64,000 nucleotides of DNA, taken from the NCBI GenBank assembly GCA_016188455.1, contig JACPHR010000010.1:3655-67654 (forward strand), in the 5' to 3' direction. Both the position numbers and the translations under genes were made by a program. Each line of letters starts with the position of its first letter. Position 1 is the stretch's first letter. Source of the DNA: Candidatus Tayloriibacteriota bacterium. Lineage in GTDB: Bacteria; Patescibacteriota; Minisyncoccia; Phycocordibacterales; SIBU01. Positions 43,766 through 54,109 of the stretch are shown one piece after another. The notes below the pieces were generated by a model. That model searched no databases. It was not told the origin of the DNA and saw only the letters and a list, made by a program, of their open reading frames with translations.

Positions 43766-43865
43766 GCACCATTTTCACTAAATCAAAATTGCCGCTAAAT
43801 GGCAGGTTGTTTTTCAACCATTCAATAATTTTATGAATTGCTGTTCGGCAAAAATGGTGCTGGGG

Positions 43866-43930
43866 TAAACGCCCACAGAATATCCACCGCTTGGGGTGGT
43901 AATTCTGTGGCTTGCGGATAATAACCCCTG
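43866..43930. repeat. family C structured repeat, copy 3
   Basis: cacagaatatccaccgc-ttgg-ggtggtaattctgtg followed by gcttgcggataataacccctgc. The stem sequence differs from copy 2 but pairing is preserved. Confidence 0.5.
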
Positions 43931-44154
43931 CCTGACGGCAGGCAGGCCGCACCAATCCTAGGGCGAGCGCGTGTCCCGAATAGGGACATCCCTTGTTGGG
44001 CGAAGCGAGAGCATGTATGCCCTCTGGTGCTGGGGTTATTTCCGGCCGTGAAATACCGGCCGCTCACGATCTCAAGACCTCTCCTTAACTATGACTATAA
44101 TGTTTACGGCTCACTTAAAGCTTTCCACACAGAATCTTTTCTCTATTTTGCCGT

Positions 44155-44190
44155 CCAACTTTAAGATTGCTATAGCAATCTTAAAGTTGG
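44155..44190. repeat. 36-bp perfect palindrome
   Basis: ccaactttaagattgcta|tagcaatcttaaagttgg. Confidence 0.5.
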
Positions 44191-44251
44191 ATAACATTTT
44201 TAGGGTCACGCACGAATCTTTCCGTTTAATATCATCGTTAGCCATTAGAGA

Positions 44252-44509
44252 CTACTTTATGATTGAGTATTCAAACGTAAAAGGTGATTCGATCTCTGTT
44301 GGTTTTTCTTGAAGCTGAACATTAAACGCGGAAAAAATAGCGTCTCGTATTTGAGATTCTATTTCAATAGATGTCGGATTGGGGTTAGTGTTGGAAGAGA
44401 TAATGCCAGGCACTTCGTTGCATACGGCAGTCCACCCCTCTTCATCAAAATTAACCTTAAATGAAAGTCCGCCGATATTTTCTATCTGTTTGCCCACTCG
44501 CAACTGCAA
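44252..44509 (-). CDS. small HicB-like (UPF0150-type antitoxin-like) protein, TTG start
   Basis: 85 aa. FKVNFDEEGWTAVCNEVPGIIS....T..E..IRDAI fits the HicB N-domain pattern. The start codon lies inside a 50-bp palindrome. Confidence 0.3.
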   Translation of the reverse strand: MQLRVGKQIENIGGLSFKVNFDEEGWTAVCNEVPGIISSNTNPNPTSIEIESQIRDAIFSAFNVQLQEKPTEIESPFTFEYSIIK

Positions 44510-44555
44510 ATATACAGGTCAGACCTATATATATAGGTCTGACCTGTATATTTGC
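44506..44555. promoter_or_regulatory. 50-bp near-perfect palindrome overlapping the start of the HicB-like gene
   Basis: gcaaatatacaggtcagacctatat|atataggtctgacctgtatatttgc. Confidence 0.5.
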
Positions 44556-44565
44556 GATAAACTAT

Positions 44566-45021
44566 TCAAAACTTCATACTAACCTCATTCTGCCGAGGTT
44601 TTCTCAAAACAAGGAGTAGAAGAAGTCCGAGAATCAAAGTGGAGACTGCCTCCACCAAAAACAGCCCGTGATTGTAATTTGTTTGAGACGGGCCAACAAG
44701 CGCCCTGCCTCCCCCGCCGGTTTTTGGCAGTTGCGGCGTGGGTGTCGTGGCCGTCGGCGTAGAGGAAAAAGCGCTCGCGACCGAAGCCGCCTGGGCGGCC
44801 CTTAAAGGAACGGCGGCTCTTTGAGGAGCGACTGCCACTGGTCTTCGCGCCGACACGACAGTTCTTGGACCTTGACTTACGGCCAGCCGGGCGGCGCCGT
44901 ATTGGTAGGTAGTCGGGCTGTAAGAAACGATGCTCTTGATATATGTTTGCGCCGATGAGCTTGCGGGTGAAAGCGAAAGAAGCGCAAAAAGCGCGAGGGT
45001 TGAGAGGGTTTTTTTATCCAT
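44566..45021 (-). CDS. secreted Pro/Ala-rich protein with C-terminal LPKTG sortase-type sorting signal
   Basis: Signal peptide, then QLPKTGGGG, a hydrophobic stretch LILGLLLLLVL and a basic tail RKPRQ. Confidence 0.5.
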   Translation of the reverse strand: MDKKTLSTLALFALLSLSPASSSAQTYIKSIVSYSPTTYQYGAARLAVSQGPRTVVSARRPVAVAPQRAAVPLRAAQAASVASAFSSTPTATTPTPQLPKTGGGGRALVGPSQTNYNHGLFLVEAVSTLILGLLLLLVLRKPRQNEVSMKF

Positions 45022-45022
45022 A

Positions 45023-45373
45023 TTAGAGTGTCGTGGCGGTATTTTTGATGATAGTCACCAAGGCCGCGGCCGCAATCATGACGGTCATGCCGACTATGCC
45101 CCAAATCATCTGCCGGGCCCCCTTCCCCCGAGCTTCCGGGTCATCAGCAGAAGTGACAAAACCTTGAACGCCCCAAATAAATACCAGGGTGGCCAAGGCA
45201 AACATCAAAAACATCAGCGGCTTTAAGATGAAAGTGCTGATATTATTGACGAGCTTGTTAACTTCCGTTATACCCTCGGCAAAACCGAAAGCCGGCAGAA
45301 AGCTAAAAGCGGCAAAAATTAGCTTTTTCACAATTAAACGAACGCCAGTCACTTTTGCATTCTTACTCAACAT
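45023..45373 (-). CDS. T4SS-pilin-like (VirB2/TrbC-like) small membrane protein, paralog 1
   Basis: Signal peptide followed by two TM helices separated by ADDPEARGKGARQ, then IWGIVG. This pattern is shared by six genes in the array. Confidence 0.5.
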   Translation of the reverse strand: MLSKNAKVTGVRLIVKKLIFAAFSFLPAFGFAEGITEVNKLVNNISTFILKPLMFLMFALATLVFIWGVQGFVTSADDPEARGKGARQMIWGIVGMTVMIAAAALVTIIKNTATTL

Positions 45374-45770
45374 TTATATCTCCAGGAACAGTTGGAACCG
45401 TGACACCAGAAATGTCCTTGCTAAGATTTAACGAATTCTCCAGAATAGTCACCAACCCCCAAACCGAGAGCATGATGAAAATGCCGATGATTCCCCAAAT
45501 AATAAATTGCTTGGCGTTGGCCCGAGCTTCTTCGTCGGCGGCATTGCTGATGAAGCTAAAGACTCCGTAGATGACAACGAGGACAGCAAGACCGATAAGA
45601 AACGGAATGATGTAGTTTATAATCCGGTTGAGAGCGGTAATAAGACCGCCGATACCTGAGATATCAAACCCCACAGTTTTTTCAACAACTGGTGCAGGTT
45701 GGGCCGCCGCGACCTGGGCAAAACCGAGAAGAGCGGTGCCGAAAGAAGAACCCAAAATAAGCTTTTTCAT
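45363..45770 (-). CDS. T4SS-pilin-like small membrane protein, paralog 2
   Basis: Signal peptide (AQVAAAQP). IIPFLIGLAVLVVIYGV..ISNAADEEARANAKQFIIWGIIGIFIMLSVWGLV. Confidence 0.5.
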   Translation of the reverse strand: MKKLILGSSFGTALLGFAQVAAAQPAPVVEKTVGFDISGIGGLITALNRIINYIIPFLIGLAVLVVIYGVFSFISNAADEEARANAKQFIIWGIIGIFIMLSVWGLVTILENSLNLSKDISGVTVPTVPGDINVE

Positions 45771-46020
45771 TGTTAAAATTTGATTATTATGAACGACCTT
45801 TTAATAATAAAGACTTTCTCATAGTATACCCCTCCTAATCCGAATGGCAAGCGGGGTGTGGATAGCGGTATGCGAACAGCCTTGGCGAATAGGCACATGC
45901 GAATTAAGAAAGGTATGCGAATCCCAGTAGCAGAACAAGGCTCGCTACGGGACAGGTAGCCTTAACGAAACGAATAGGCACATGCGGATAAGCATGCGAA
46001 TCGCGAAATTCCCCCCCCCC

Positions 46021-46758
46021 TCAGCCGGATTGCCGGTCAGGCGTTGCCTCCGTTACCGGCAAGTTCGGCAAGTCAGGAATGGTCGGCCCCACCTTATCCA
46101 GCTCAAAACTTTTGACTAAGATGTTCACCAGACCCCAGATGGAAAGCATAATAAAAATACTGATAATGCCCCAGATAATGAACCGCCGTCCCTCGGCGCG
46201 CTTTTCTTCGTTATCCCCCTGACGAATGTAATTGATGATGCCGAAAAGGACGATGAAAACGCCAATGCCGACAAGAAACGGTATGACATGACTGCCGATG
46301 GCGATGGCCCGGTCAATGAATTCCGGTACCGTGGTGGGCACTTCCAGGTCGGAAACGTCAACCGGCTGGCCGTAAATATCCGTTACGACAGTAGTTGAAG
46401 TGTCAAGGTTGAAGCTGTTGACCAAAATAACCACGAAGCCCCAGACGGATAGCATGGCAAACACCCCGAGCACGCCCCACATGATGAAGTCCCGCGCTTG
46501 TTTGCGCTTTTCCTCATCCGCGGCCGAGGAAATGTAACCAAGAATGCCGTAGATGATGATAAACACCGCCAAACCGACAAGGAACGGGATAATGACATTG
46601 AGTATATTTTCAATTTGAACGATAAAATCGGCAATGCCGCCGTCCACCGCGTAGACAAAAACAGGAAGGATGACAAACAAACCTGAAAAAACGGCTCGCG
46701 GAAAAAGATTGGCCGCGCCGGCAATGAAGTGGTTACGGGAGTTTGAAAATAATGCCAT
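46021..46758 (-). CDS. tandem-duplicated T4SS-pilin-like protein (two pilin-like domains fused), paralog 3
   Basis: Two successive copies of IIPFLVGLAVF..YGI..YISSAADEEKRKQARDFIMWGVLGVF..LSVWGFV. Confidence 0.5.
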   Translation of the reverse strand: MALFSNSRNHFIAGAANLFPRAVFSGLFVILPVFVYAVDGGIADFIVQIENILNVIIPFLVGLAVFIIIYGILGYISSAADEEKRKQARDFIMWGVLGVFAMLSVWGFVVILVNSFNLDTSTTVVTDIYGQPVDVSDLEVPTTVPEFIDRAIAIGSHVIPFLVGIGVFIVLFGIINYIRQGDNEEKRAEGRRFIIWGIISIFIMLSIWGLVNILVKSFELDKVGPTIPDLPNLPVTEATPDRQSG

Positions 46759-46788
46759 GGATAACTTTAGTTAATGGGGAGTGGCTGA

Positions 46789-47466
46789 CTATAAAGCATT
46801 CTGAAAAGCTTGGCTGGCGGCTGTTTTTGCCGCGTTCAAGGTCGTCATCAGAGCCGCTTTATCAAGGTTAAATTTAGCAATAAGAGCTTTGAGGTCGGTT
46901 TGCTGTCTTGTCTGGGCGGCCTTGACGACGTCTTTATAAACCTTGTAGGCCGCATCAATTCTTGTTTTGGCAACGGTAAAATTGTCGGTTAACCTCCTCT
47001 TCTCCGTATTGAAGGTGCCAGTAGGACCAACTTTAGCGGCGTTAAAGACGCCCTTGGCCGCTGTGTCGGCGGTTTTTTTAGCGGTGACAGCGGCGGTTTT
47101 GGCAACACTGAGGTTAGTTTCAGTTTGGCGTCTAGCGTTTGCCTTAGCCACTGTGTCCGTCATGGCGTTGACCCTGGCAATGGCGGTATTATAAGCATTC
47201 TGGGCCGCGAGCAAAGCCGCGTCATAAGCAGTTTTGGCTCTTGTGAGAGCGGCTATGTAGGCATCGGCGGCGGGCTTGAGCGCGTTGTCCAGAGCGGTCT
47301 TGGCGGCTTTTATGCCGGCATCCCTTGTGGCTGTGAGGTCTTTAACGGCAGAGGCGTAAATCTGCTCGCCTGTCCTTGCCGTCTGGGCCTGTACGACAGC
47401 AAGGCCAAACGAGAGCGCTAAGGCGCTCGCGGCGATAACGGCCAAAAATATTTTTTGTTTTAACAT
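46789..47466 (-). CDS. secreted Ala/Thr/Lys-rich helical-repeat protein
   Basis: Signal peptide. 225 aa of low-complexity repeats of the form AKTA..A..AL. Confidence 0.5.
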   Translation of the reverse strand: MLKQKIFLAVIAASALALSFGLAVVQAQTARTGEQIYASAVKDLTATRDAGIKAAKTALDNALKPAADAYIAALTRAKTAYDAALLAAQNAYNTAIARVNAMTDTVAKANARRQTETNLSVAKTAAVTAKKTADTAAKGVFNAAKVGPTGTFNTEKRRLTDNFTVAKTRIDAAYKVYKDVVKAAQTRQQTDLKALIAKFNLDKAALMTTLNAAKTAASQAFQNAL

Positions 47467-47643
47467 GTTTTTTAATAATTTACTTGTAAATCTAGCTAAA
47501 GCTATTATAGCACGATTTCATTCTTGTTCATCCCCCCGTCCCGAGGTTCAACCTTTCTCCCGATTTAAGGTTGAATCTCGGGATTTCCTTTTTGCTATTT
47601 TCTACTATCTATTATCTATTTCTACCTATCTATTATCTATTTT

Positions 47644-47973
47644 CTATACTCCCAAATAGGTTTTAGCCAAAATCCTGGCAAGGCCCCAAAAGGAAAAGAT
47701 GACTAGCATGCCGACAAGGCCGTAAACGATGAGCTGTTTGGCTTTGCCCAAACGTTCTTCATCGCCGCCCGCGCCGACATATTTCAAAACGCCGGTGAAG
47801 AGACCAAAGAAACCAAAGAGGGCGAGGAACGCCACCACCGGATTGAGGATGGCAATAAAATTGTGGACGAAGTCGGTCAAATTTTCCGGCCTGCCGTCCG
47901 CGGTCATGGCAGAAACCGTAATTGGTAGATACGAACATGCGAATGTTACAAACCATACTAACATTACGAACAT
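47644..47973 (-). CDS. T4SS-pilin-like small membrane protein, paralog 4
   Basis: Start at Met34 gives the signal peptide MFVMLVWFVTFACSYLPITVSA. ..GAGGDEERLGKAKQLIVYGLVGMLVIFSFWGL. The track ORF extends to 48072 through promoter-like repeats. Confidence 0.45.
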   Translation of the reverse strand: MFVMLVWFVTFACSYLPITVSAMTADGRPENLTDFVHNFIAILNPVVAFLALFGFFGLFTGVLKYVGAGGDEERLGKAKQLIVYGLVGMLVIFSFWGLARILAKTYLGV

Positions 47974-48104
47974 TGTACGAAAATACAAAAAAATATGAAC
48001 GCCATAGCGGTATTTGCAAAGTTCTCGTATGCGTTCGTATAGTGCGTATGAAGTTCGTAATGTTCGTATCATTTGTATAGTTGGTATGTTGGTATGGCTT
48101 TAGC

Positions 48105-48512
48105 CTAGGGTGTTGGACAGGTAAGGCCCGCGGTGCCCAACTGCTCGATGGTGCCGCAAACGACGGCGGAAAGCACTTTGGCGCCGAGAAGGATGGCAAT
48201 GCCGATAACCGTCCAGAGAAGGGCGGTTTTGGCTTCGCTTAACTTGTCTTCGTTGCCGCCGGCCATAACCATTTTGAAGCCCGAGTAAATCAGGAAAAAA
48301 ATCGCCACCACGCTGGCAATCGGGAAAACGGTGTCAAGCAACAAAGTGATAAACTTGAAAAGGGTGTCGTTTTCGCGGCCGAGAGGATTGGGAATGGTGG
48401 CTGACGTGTTGGTGACTATGTCGTGGTTGGTAGCCAAAACTAAAGCCCGCGGAAGGTAAAAAAGAAAGCCGGCGGCAACCCAAAAAAACTTTTTACTTCT
48501 TTTTATAAACAT
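48105..48512 (-). CDS. T4SS-pilin-like small membrane protein, paralog 5
   Basis: Signal peptide. VFPIASVVAIFFLIYSGFKMVMAGGNEDKLSEAKTALLWTVIGIAILLGA. Confidence 0.5.
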   Translation of the reverse strand: MFIKRSKKFFWVAAGFLFYLPRALVLATNHDIVTNTSATIPNPLGRENDTLFKFITLLLDTVFPIASVVAIFFLIYSGFKMVMAGGNEDKLSEAKTALLWTVIGIAILLGAKVLSAVVCGTIEQLGTAGLTCPTP

Positions 48513-48532
48513 GATAGATTTTGTTAGCTAGC

Positions 48533-48979
48533 TTAAGGTGTGGTCGGAGTCAACAACGACTTGAACTGGCTGTCTTTGATGAAACCGGCCTCAATGGCGT
48601 GAACGATAAGCCAAGCGGAGAGCATAATGAGAAAGCCGATAAGCACTTTGCCGAAAATTGACTTGGCCTGCTCTATTTTACTCATTTCGCCGCCAGCCGT
48701 CATCATCAGGAAACCGGCCCAGCCGAAAGCCACCGCCGAGAAGGCGGCCCCGAGAATGATGAGATAGTTGGTAATGTTCCCCACCAGCTTAACCAGGTCG
48801 GCCCAGCCGCAGTCATGCTTGAAGGCCGCGTTTATCGGCTGACCTTGTGCGTCAACCGCGTTCGAAGCGTAACCGCAAGGCACAATGGGCGACTGGGCCG
48901 CCGCCACGAGGGGCGCCGCCGCAAACAGACTAAAAACGATAGCTATGGCGCCGACAAAAATTGTTCCTCTCTGCAACAT
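48533..48979 (-). CDS. T4SS-pilin-like small membrane protein, paralog 6
   Basis: Signal peptide (AAAPLVAAAQSP). ..AGFLMMTAGGEMSKIEQAKSIFGKVLIGFLIMLSAWLIV. Confidence 0.5.
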   Translation of the reverse strand: MLQRGTIFVGAIAIVFSLFAAAPLVAAAQSPIVPCGYASNAVDAQGQPINAAFKHDCGWADLVKLVGNITNYLIILGAAFSAVAFGWAGFLMMTAGGEMSKIEQAKSIFGKVLIGFLIMLSAWLIVHAIEAGFIKDSQFKSLLTPTTP

Positions 48980-49020
48980 TGATTTTTACTTTTTACTTTT
49001 TCCCCAATTCTTACTGTATT

Positions 49021-49053
<33 letters not shown>

Positions 49054-49058
49054 GACTC

Positions 49059-50339
49059 CTAAAGTCCCCTCGACAAACCAATTAAATTTTGCCCCGCGAC
49101 GCTGATGGCCCGGCCGACCTCAAGCTCCCCGCCCGTCACGGATTCTATCATACTTTGAAAAACAGCCTGCGAGGCCGCGGGATTGGGGTCAAGCCAAGCG
49201 CGCGCTCTGACGGCCGAGTTGTAAAAAATGGTTTGATAAGGGTCATTGGGGCTCGGCGCGAGCATCGCCCGCCTGACCGGCGGCAGGCCGGTGGCTTGGC
49301 TCAAACGGCCGAGGGGGCCGGGGCCGGTGATGGCGACGGCCGCTTGGAGGGCGCCGACGGCGTTTCCGGAATTTTTGAGCACCGCCAGACCCTGCATCCG
49401 CCCAAAAGTAAGAGCCACCGAGGCGCCTTTGGGCTGAGGGAAGAAAGTGACGTCAAAATTGAGGTTGGGATTTTTATCGCGAATCTTGGCAATCTCCGAA
49501 GCAAAGCCGAAATAAAAAGCCAAGTCGCCGGCGGTAAACATCTCTCGGGAATTGCTAAGCGCCCGGTTCCAGGCGTAATCCGGCTTGACCGGATTGGCAA
49601 AATCGGTATAAAAATTGAGGGCGCCGACGGTGCCGAGAGTGGGCGGGGTGAGCTTGACCTCAAGGCCGGCCGGGCCGTAGGCGGTGATGGGGTTGCCGGT
49701 CTGCATCAGGAGGGCGGCGATAATCTCTTTAGCGTTGGTGATATTGCGGAACTCGCCCAAAGCCACGGCGCTTTTCAAGATATTGAGATTCTTGTCTTTG
49801 ACGGTAAGCTTTGGCGCGAGAGCGATAAACTCGTTCCAAAACGCCGGCGGCAGGGACAAGCCGGCGTTTATAAGCAGATCGCGATTCCAATACATCACCA
49901 GCGGGTCAACGGCGAAAGGCAGGGCGATAATGCCGGCGTCGTCCAAATAGAGCTCCGCTTCCTGAATGAAAGTATTTTTGAACGTCGGCAGCGACATTGA
50001 GCTGTAAGACAAAGGCAAAACCTTGCCGCGGTATCTCATAATCAAGTCCTGCGGCAGCAGAATGGCGTCCGGCCCGACGCCCGAGGCCAGCGCTTCTATC
50101 AACCCCTGGTCAAAACTTTCCGGCTTCTTCTCAATGTAGGTGAGTTTCAAACCGGCCTTGCCCTGCTTGAGGTCGGCGACGGCGTTGTTAAACTCCGCGA
50201 CGGGCATTGTGCCCCAGATGACGACGGGGAAACTATTGCCGCGATTGGCGCTTTTAGTGGTGGCAAGCACAATCACGCCGGCGATAATCGCCAGAGCGAA
50301 AACGGCGAGAGTGATGGCTTGGAAAGGGGTAATCTTCAT
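49059..50339 (-). CDS. membrane-anchored extracellular solute-binding-protein-like (SBP family 1 fold) protein
   Basis: N-terminal TM anchor, then a periplasmic-binding-protein-like domain. No permease or ATPase genes are adjacent. Confidence 0.55.
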   Translation of the reverse strand: MKITPFQAITLAVFALAIIAGVIVLATTKSANRGNSFPVVIWGTMPVAEFNNAVADLKQGKAGLKLTYIEKKPESFDQGLIEALASGVGPDAILLPQDLIMRYRGKVLPLSYSSMSLPTFKNTFIQEAELYLDDAGIIALPFAVDPLVMYWNRDLLINAGLSLPPAFWNEFIALAPKLTVKDKNLNILKSAVALGEFRNITNAKEIIAALLMQTGNPITAYGPAGLEVKLTPPTLGTVGALNFYTDFANPVKPDYAWNRALSNSREMFTAGDLAFYFGFASEIAKIRDKNPNLNFDVTFFPQPKGASVALTFGRMQGLAVLKNSGNAVGALQAAVAITGPGPLGRLSQATGLPPVRRAMLAPSPNDPYQTIFYNSAVRARAWLDPNPAASQAVFQSMIESVTGGELEVGRAISVAGQNLIGLSRGL

Positions 50340-50447
50340 ATGTAGCGATGCTAATCTACGAATTCATGCGAATGATACGAATAAAATGGTGTAACGATAT
50401 TGTACCAACATTCGCGTTATTCGCATACATTCGCGGGTTCGCATCGG

Positions 50448-50972
50448 TTATCTTCTAAAGATAAGCCCGTAGTGATGCTCTCCCGCTTTGATGCCACGCT
50501 CAAAATCAAAACCGGCTTTTTCAAACAGAGAGCGAGCGTCCTCTTCAGAGAAAACATGCTCGGGTTGCGGACCTAAACCGCCAAAAGATTCTTTCCAGTC
50601 AACCACAAGCACTCGGCCCCCGGGCTTAAGGATTCTTTTGACTTCAAGAGGGAAATCATTTTTGCGCTCAAGCTGAAAAAGAGTGTTGCAGACAAGCGCT
50701 GAGTCCACCGAAGCATCGGCCAGCCTGGTGCCGCCAAGCTTTTCAATGTCGCCCCAGAGAGCTTCAATGTTCGGCAAGCCGCTCCGCTGGGCTTCGTTTT
50801 TAATTTTTTGGAGCATCTCTTTCAAAGCGTCAATGGCATATACCCGGCCGAGCTTGCCCACCGCCCGGGCGGCGGCCATGGTATAAAAACCGGCGCCTGA
50901 ACCGAGGTCGGCGACATGGGAGCCGGGCGCTAGGCTAAATTGCTCTATGTTTTTTTGAGGGTCGGAGAACAT
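50448..50972 (-). CDS. class I SAM-dependent methyltransferase
   Basis: Motif I VADLGSGAGFYTMAAA and motif post-I RVYAIDA. Confidence 0.7.
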   Translation of the reverse strand: MFSDPQKNIEQFSLAPGSHVADLGSGAGFYTMAAARAVGKLGRVYAIDALKEMLQKIKNEAQRSGLPNIEALWGDIEKLGGTRLADASVDSALVCNTLFQLERKNDFPLEVKRILKPGGRVLVVDWKESFGGLGPQPEHVFSEEDARSLFEKAGFDFERGIKAGEHHYGLIFRR

Positions 50973-50974
50973 GC

Positions 50975-51090
50975 CAAAATGAAAATTGAAAAATCAAAAT
51001 GGAAAATGACAATGTAAAATCTTAAAATTTTTAATTTTGCATTGTCATTTTGATTTTTGATATTTACATTTTACATTATTATAGCCTAGT
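50975..51090. repeat. family D AT-rich repeat, empty-site copy
   Basis: ggaaaatgacaatgtaaaat ... ttttgcattgtcattttga tttttga|tatttacattttacatt. Shares 20-mer and 16-mer words with 57611-57808. Confidence 0.55.
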
Positions 51091-51130
51091 TAGCAGCAAA
51101 TAAAAAGTCAGAATATCTTATATCACTTGG

Positions 51131-53608
51131 CTAAAGACATGTTAGAGACGCAATAGCGTCCCCTTCGCGCAACTTCATGACGCGCACCCCTTGAGTCTGG
51201 CGGCCGATAATCGGAATCTCTTTGACATCAACCCGGATCACCTGGCTCTTTTTGGAAATGGCGATGACTTCTTCGGTTTCCGTTTCGTCAACAACTTTTG
51301 AGGCCATGAGCTTGCCGGTCTTGGCGGTAATTTTGACCGTCTTAATGCCGGAGCCGCCGCGCTTCTGGGTCTTGTATTCCTTAAGCAAGGTCTTTTTGCC
51401 GTAGCCGTTTTCCATAATGACGAGCAGGGTCGGATTTTTCTGGCCTTTCTTGATGACGTCGGCGCCGACCAGGGTGTCGGCCTTTTTTAGGCGGACAACC
51501 CGCACGCCGCCGGCGCTTCGGCCCATTTCGCGGATATCGCTTTCTTGGAAACGGATGGCTTGGCCGTTTCTCGTGACTACAATGCAGTCGTCGCCTTTCT
51601 CCGCGAACGAAGCCGAAATCAGCTGGTCGTTTGGCTTAAGCTTGATGGCAATCAAGCCGGAACGGCGCACGTCATGAAAACTTTTGGCGGCCACTTTTTT
51701 ACCGACGCCGTTTTTGGTCACCATCAAAAGCGACAGGCTTGACTGCTTCACCGCCTTGGGCATGGCCAAAATGCCGGTGACTTTTTCGTCGTCGGCAAGC
51801 GGGATGAAATTGACGATTGACTTGCCGCGCGTCGCCCGCCGGCCTTCCGGCATTTCATACATCTTGATTTGGTAGGCCTTGCCTTTGTCGCTGAAAAATA
51901 AGAGGTCGCTGTGGGTGGTGGTGGTGAGAAAGGTGGTGACAAAATCTTCTTCTTTGGTGTCAAGGTCAACGACGCCGACGCCGCCGCGTTTTTGCTTGCG
52001 GTATTCTTCCGGGTCGGTGCGCTTGATATAGCCGCCTTTGGTGAGCACCAAGACGCTCTCGGTGTCCGGAATCAAATCTTCCTCGGAAAAAGCGCCCACA
52101 CCCTGTTTGATGATTTTGGTGCGACGCTCGTCCCCGTATTTGGCTTTGATTTCTTTCAGTTCGTCCTTGATGATGGCAAGAATTTTTTTCGGGCTGGCCA
52201 AAATTTCCTTAAGGGTTTTGATGAGGGTTTGAGTGACTTTGAGCTCGTCTTCAATTTTCTGCCGTTCAAGGGAAGCCAAGCGCGAGAGTTTCATTTCCAA
52301 AATGGCTACGGCTTGTTTATCGGAGAACTTGAATTGCTTCATTAGGTTGGCCTTGGCCTCATCCGTATCTTTTGACCTCTTGATGAGCTTAATGATTTCG
52401 TCGATGCGGTCAAGGGCCTTTTTGAGACCGATCAAAATGTGCTCCCGCTCTTCCGCTTTTTTAAGGTCAAACTCAGTCCGGCGCCGGACGACGCTCACCC
52501 GATGGGCCACAAACTCTTCAAGCAGGGCTTTGAGCGGCAAGGTCTGGGGGACGCCGTCCACGAGCGCCACCACGTTGAAGTGAAAGGTCTCCTCGAGCTG
52601 GGTGTGTTTGTACAGGAAATTCAAAACTTTCTCCGGATAGGCTCCCTGCTTCAGGTCTACGACGACGCGGATATCCTTGGACGATTCGTCGCGCAGGCCC
52701 TTAATACCTTCAACTTTTTTCTCCCTGACTAAATCGGCAATCCGCATGATGAGTTCGGCTTTGTTGACCCGATACGGAATAGAAGAGATGACAATCTGCG
52801 TCATGCCGGCTTTGCCTTCTGTGATTTCAGCCACGCCGCGTGTTACGACGCCGCCGCGGCCCGAGCCGTAGGCGTGCTGGAGGTCTTTGGCGCCAAAGAC
52901 GATGCCGCCGGTCGGAAAATCAGGCCCTTTGATGAACTGGAACAGGTCTTCAGTGGTGGCGTTTTTGTCGTCAATCAAGTGAACCGTCGCATCCACAACC
53001 TCGTCTAAGTTGTGAGGCGGAATGTTGGTAGCCATACCGACGGCAATACCGAGCGTGCCGTTCAAAAGCAGATTGGGGACAGCAGCCGGTAAAACTGTCG
53101 GCTCTTTCCTCGTACCTTCGTAATTGGGCCGCCAGTCCACCGTCTCCCGGTCTATGTCTCGAAGCATTTCTTGCGCCATGCGGGACATTTTGGCTTCCGT
53201 ATATCTGTCAGCGGCGGCATTATCGCCGTCAATCGAACCGAAGTTTCCCTGACCAATGACAAGGGGATAACGCATGCGAAAATCTTGGGCCATGTTGACC
53301 ATTGAATCATAGACAGCTACGGTGCCGTGGGGATGATAGTTACCGGTAACATCTCCGACAATTTTGGCGGATTTTCTGGTTTTAGCATTGGCAGTAAGAC
53401 CTAATTCGTGGAGCGTATACAAAATCCGCCGGTGTACCGGCTTCAAACCGTCGCGCACGTCCGGGAGGGCGCGGGCGGTGATGACCGACATAGCGTAGTC
53501 CAGATAAGACTCCTTCATTTCGGCCGAAATGTTGCGGGTAATAACATTCACATGCGGGCCTATTTCAGGCCTTTTTTCGGGCTTTTTGTCGTCCTTTCGG
53601 TCGGGCAT
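51131..53608 (-). CDS. gyrA: DNA gyrase subunit A
   Basis: [17 protein letters not shown], an active-site Tyr region, and GyrA-box-like QKRGGVG in the C-terminal beta-pinwheel. Confidence 0.9.
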   Translation of the reverse strand: MPDRKDDKKPEKRPEIGPHVNVITRNISAEMKESYLDYAMSVITARALPDVRDGLKPVHRRILYTLHELGLTANAKTRKSAKIVGDVTGNYHPHGTVAVYDSMVNMAQDFRMRYPLVIGQGNFGSIDGDNAAADRYTEAKMSRMAQEMLRDIDRETVDWRPNYEGTRKEPTVLPAAVPNLLLNGTLGIAVGMATNIPPHNLDEVVDATVHLIDDKNATTEDLFQFIKGPDFPTGGIVFGAKDLQHAYGSGRGGVVTRGVAEITEGKAGMTQIVISSIPYRVNKAELIMRIADLVREKKVEGIKGLRDESSKDIRVVVDLKQGAYPEKVLNFLYKHTQLEETFHFNVVALVDGVPQTLPLKALLEEFVAHRVSVVRRRTEFDLKKAEEREHILIGLKKALDRIDEIIKLIKRSKDTDEAKANLMKQFKFSDKQAVAILEMKLSRLASLERQKIEDELKVTQTLIKTLKEILASPKKILAIIKDELKEIKAKYGDERRTKIIKQGVGAFSEEDLIPDTESVLVLTKGGYIKRTDPEEYRKQKRGGVGVVDLDTKEEDFVTTFLTTTTHSDLLFFSDKGKAYQIKMYEMPEGRRATRGKSIVNFIPLADDEKVTGILAMPKAVKQSSLSLLMVTKNGVGKKVAAKSFHDVRRSGLIAIKLKPNDQLISASFAEKGDDCIVVTRNGQAIRFQESDIREMGRSAGGVRVVRLKKADTLVGADVIKKGQKNPTLLVIMENGYGKKTLLKEYKTQKRGGSGIKTVKITAKTGKLMASKVVDETETEEVIAISKKSQVIRVDVKEIPIIGRQTQGVRVMKLREGDAIASLTCL

Positions 53609-53755
53609 AGTGCTGTAATTCTAGCAAAAATAGAGGCCTTTGGCCATACCAATCTACTAATGAATACGAATCTGCGAATAACTACCAATGTGATATGCGT
53701 GGGGGTATTATTCGTAGTTATTGGCGGTATTGGCAACATTCGTATATTGGTATAT

Positions 53756-54013
53756 TCATTTGTATCCGAAAATGTCGGCGCTGATTTTTTTGACCGAATC
53801 AATGAAACTGACAATGTTCGTTTTGACTTCATCAATCGGCCGCAACTGTTTCGCCAAGGCCGCGCTGTCTGCGTCGCTGACCTTCAGATTCAAATCAAAG
53901 GTGGAAAGCCACACAATAAAAATGACGCCCGTAATAACAGCGGTGGTAAAAAGCAAAACCCGTTTTCTGTAAGCCAACGGCTTTTTCCGGAGCTGTTCCA
54001 AGTAGTTAAACAT
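53756..54013 (-). CDS. small single-TM membrane protein (85 aa)
   Basis: Basic N-terminus followed by a TM helix LLFTTAVITGVIFIVWL. Confidence 0.4.
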   Translation of the reverse strand: MFNYLEQLRKKPLAYRKRVLLFTTAVITGVIFIVWLSTFDLNLKVSDADSAALAKQLRPIDEVKTNIVSFIDSVKKISADIFGYK

Positions 54014-54109
54014 ACTAATATACTATACTGCTAATAACTGCGAATACTCCCGGTAGACAACATTAAGTAGTTATTCGCAGATTCGTACTAATTCGTATAT
54101 TGGTATCGG

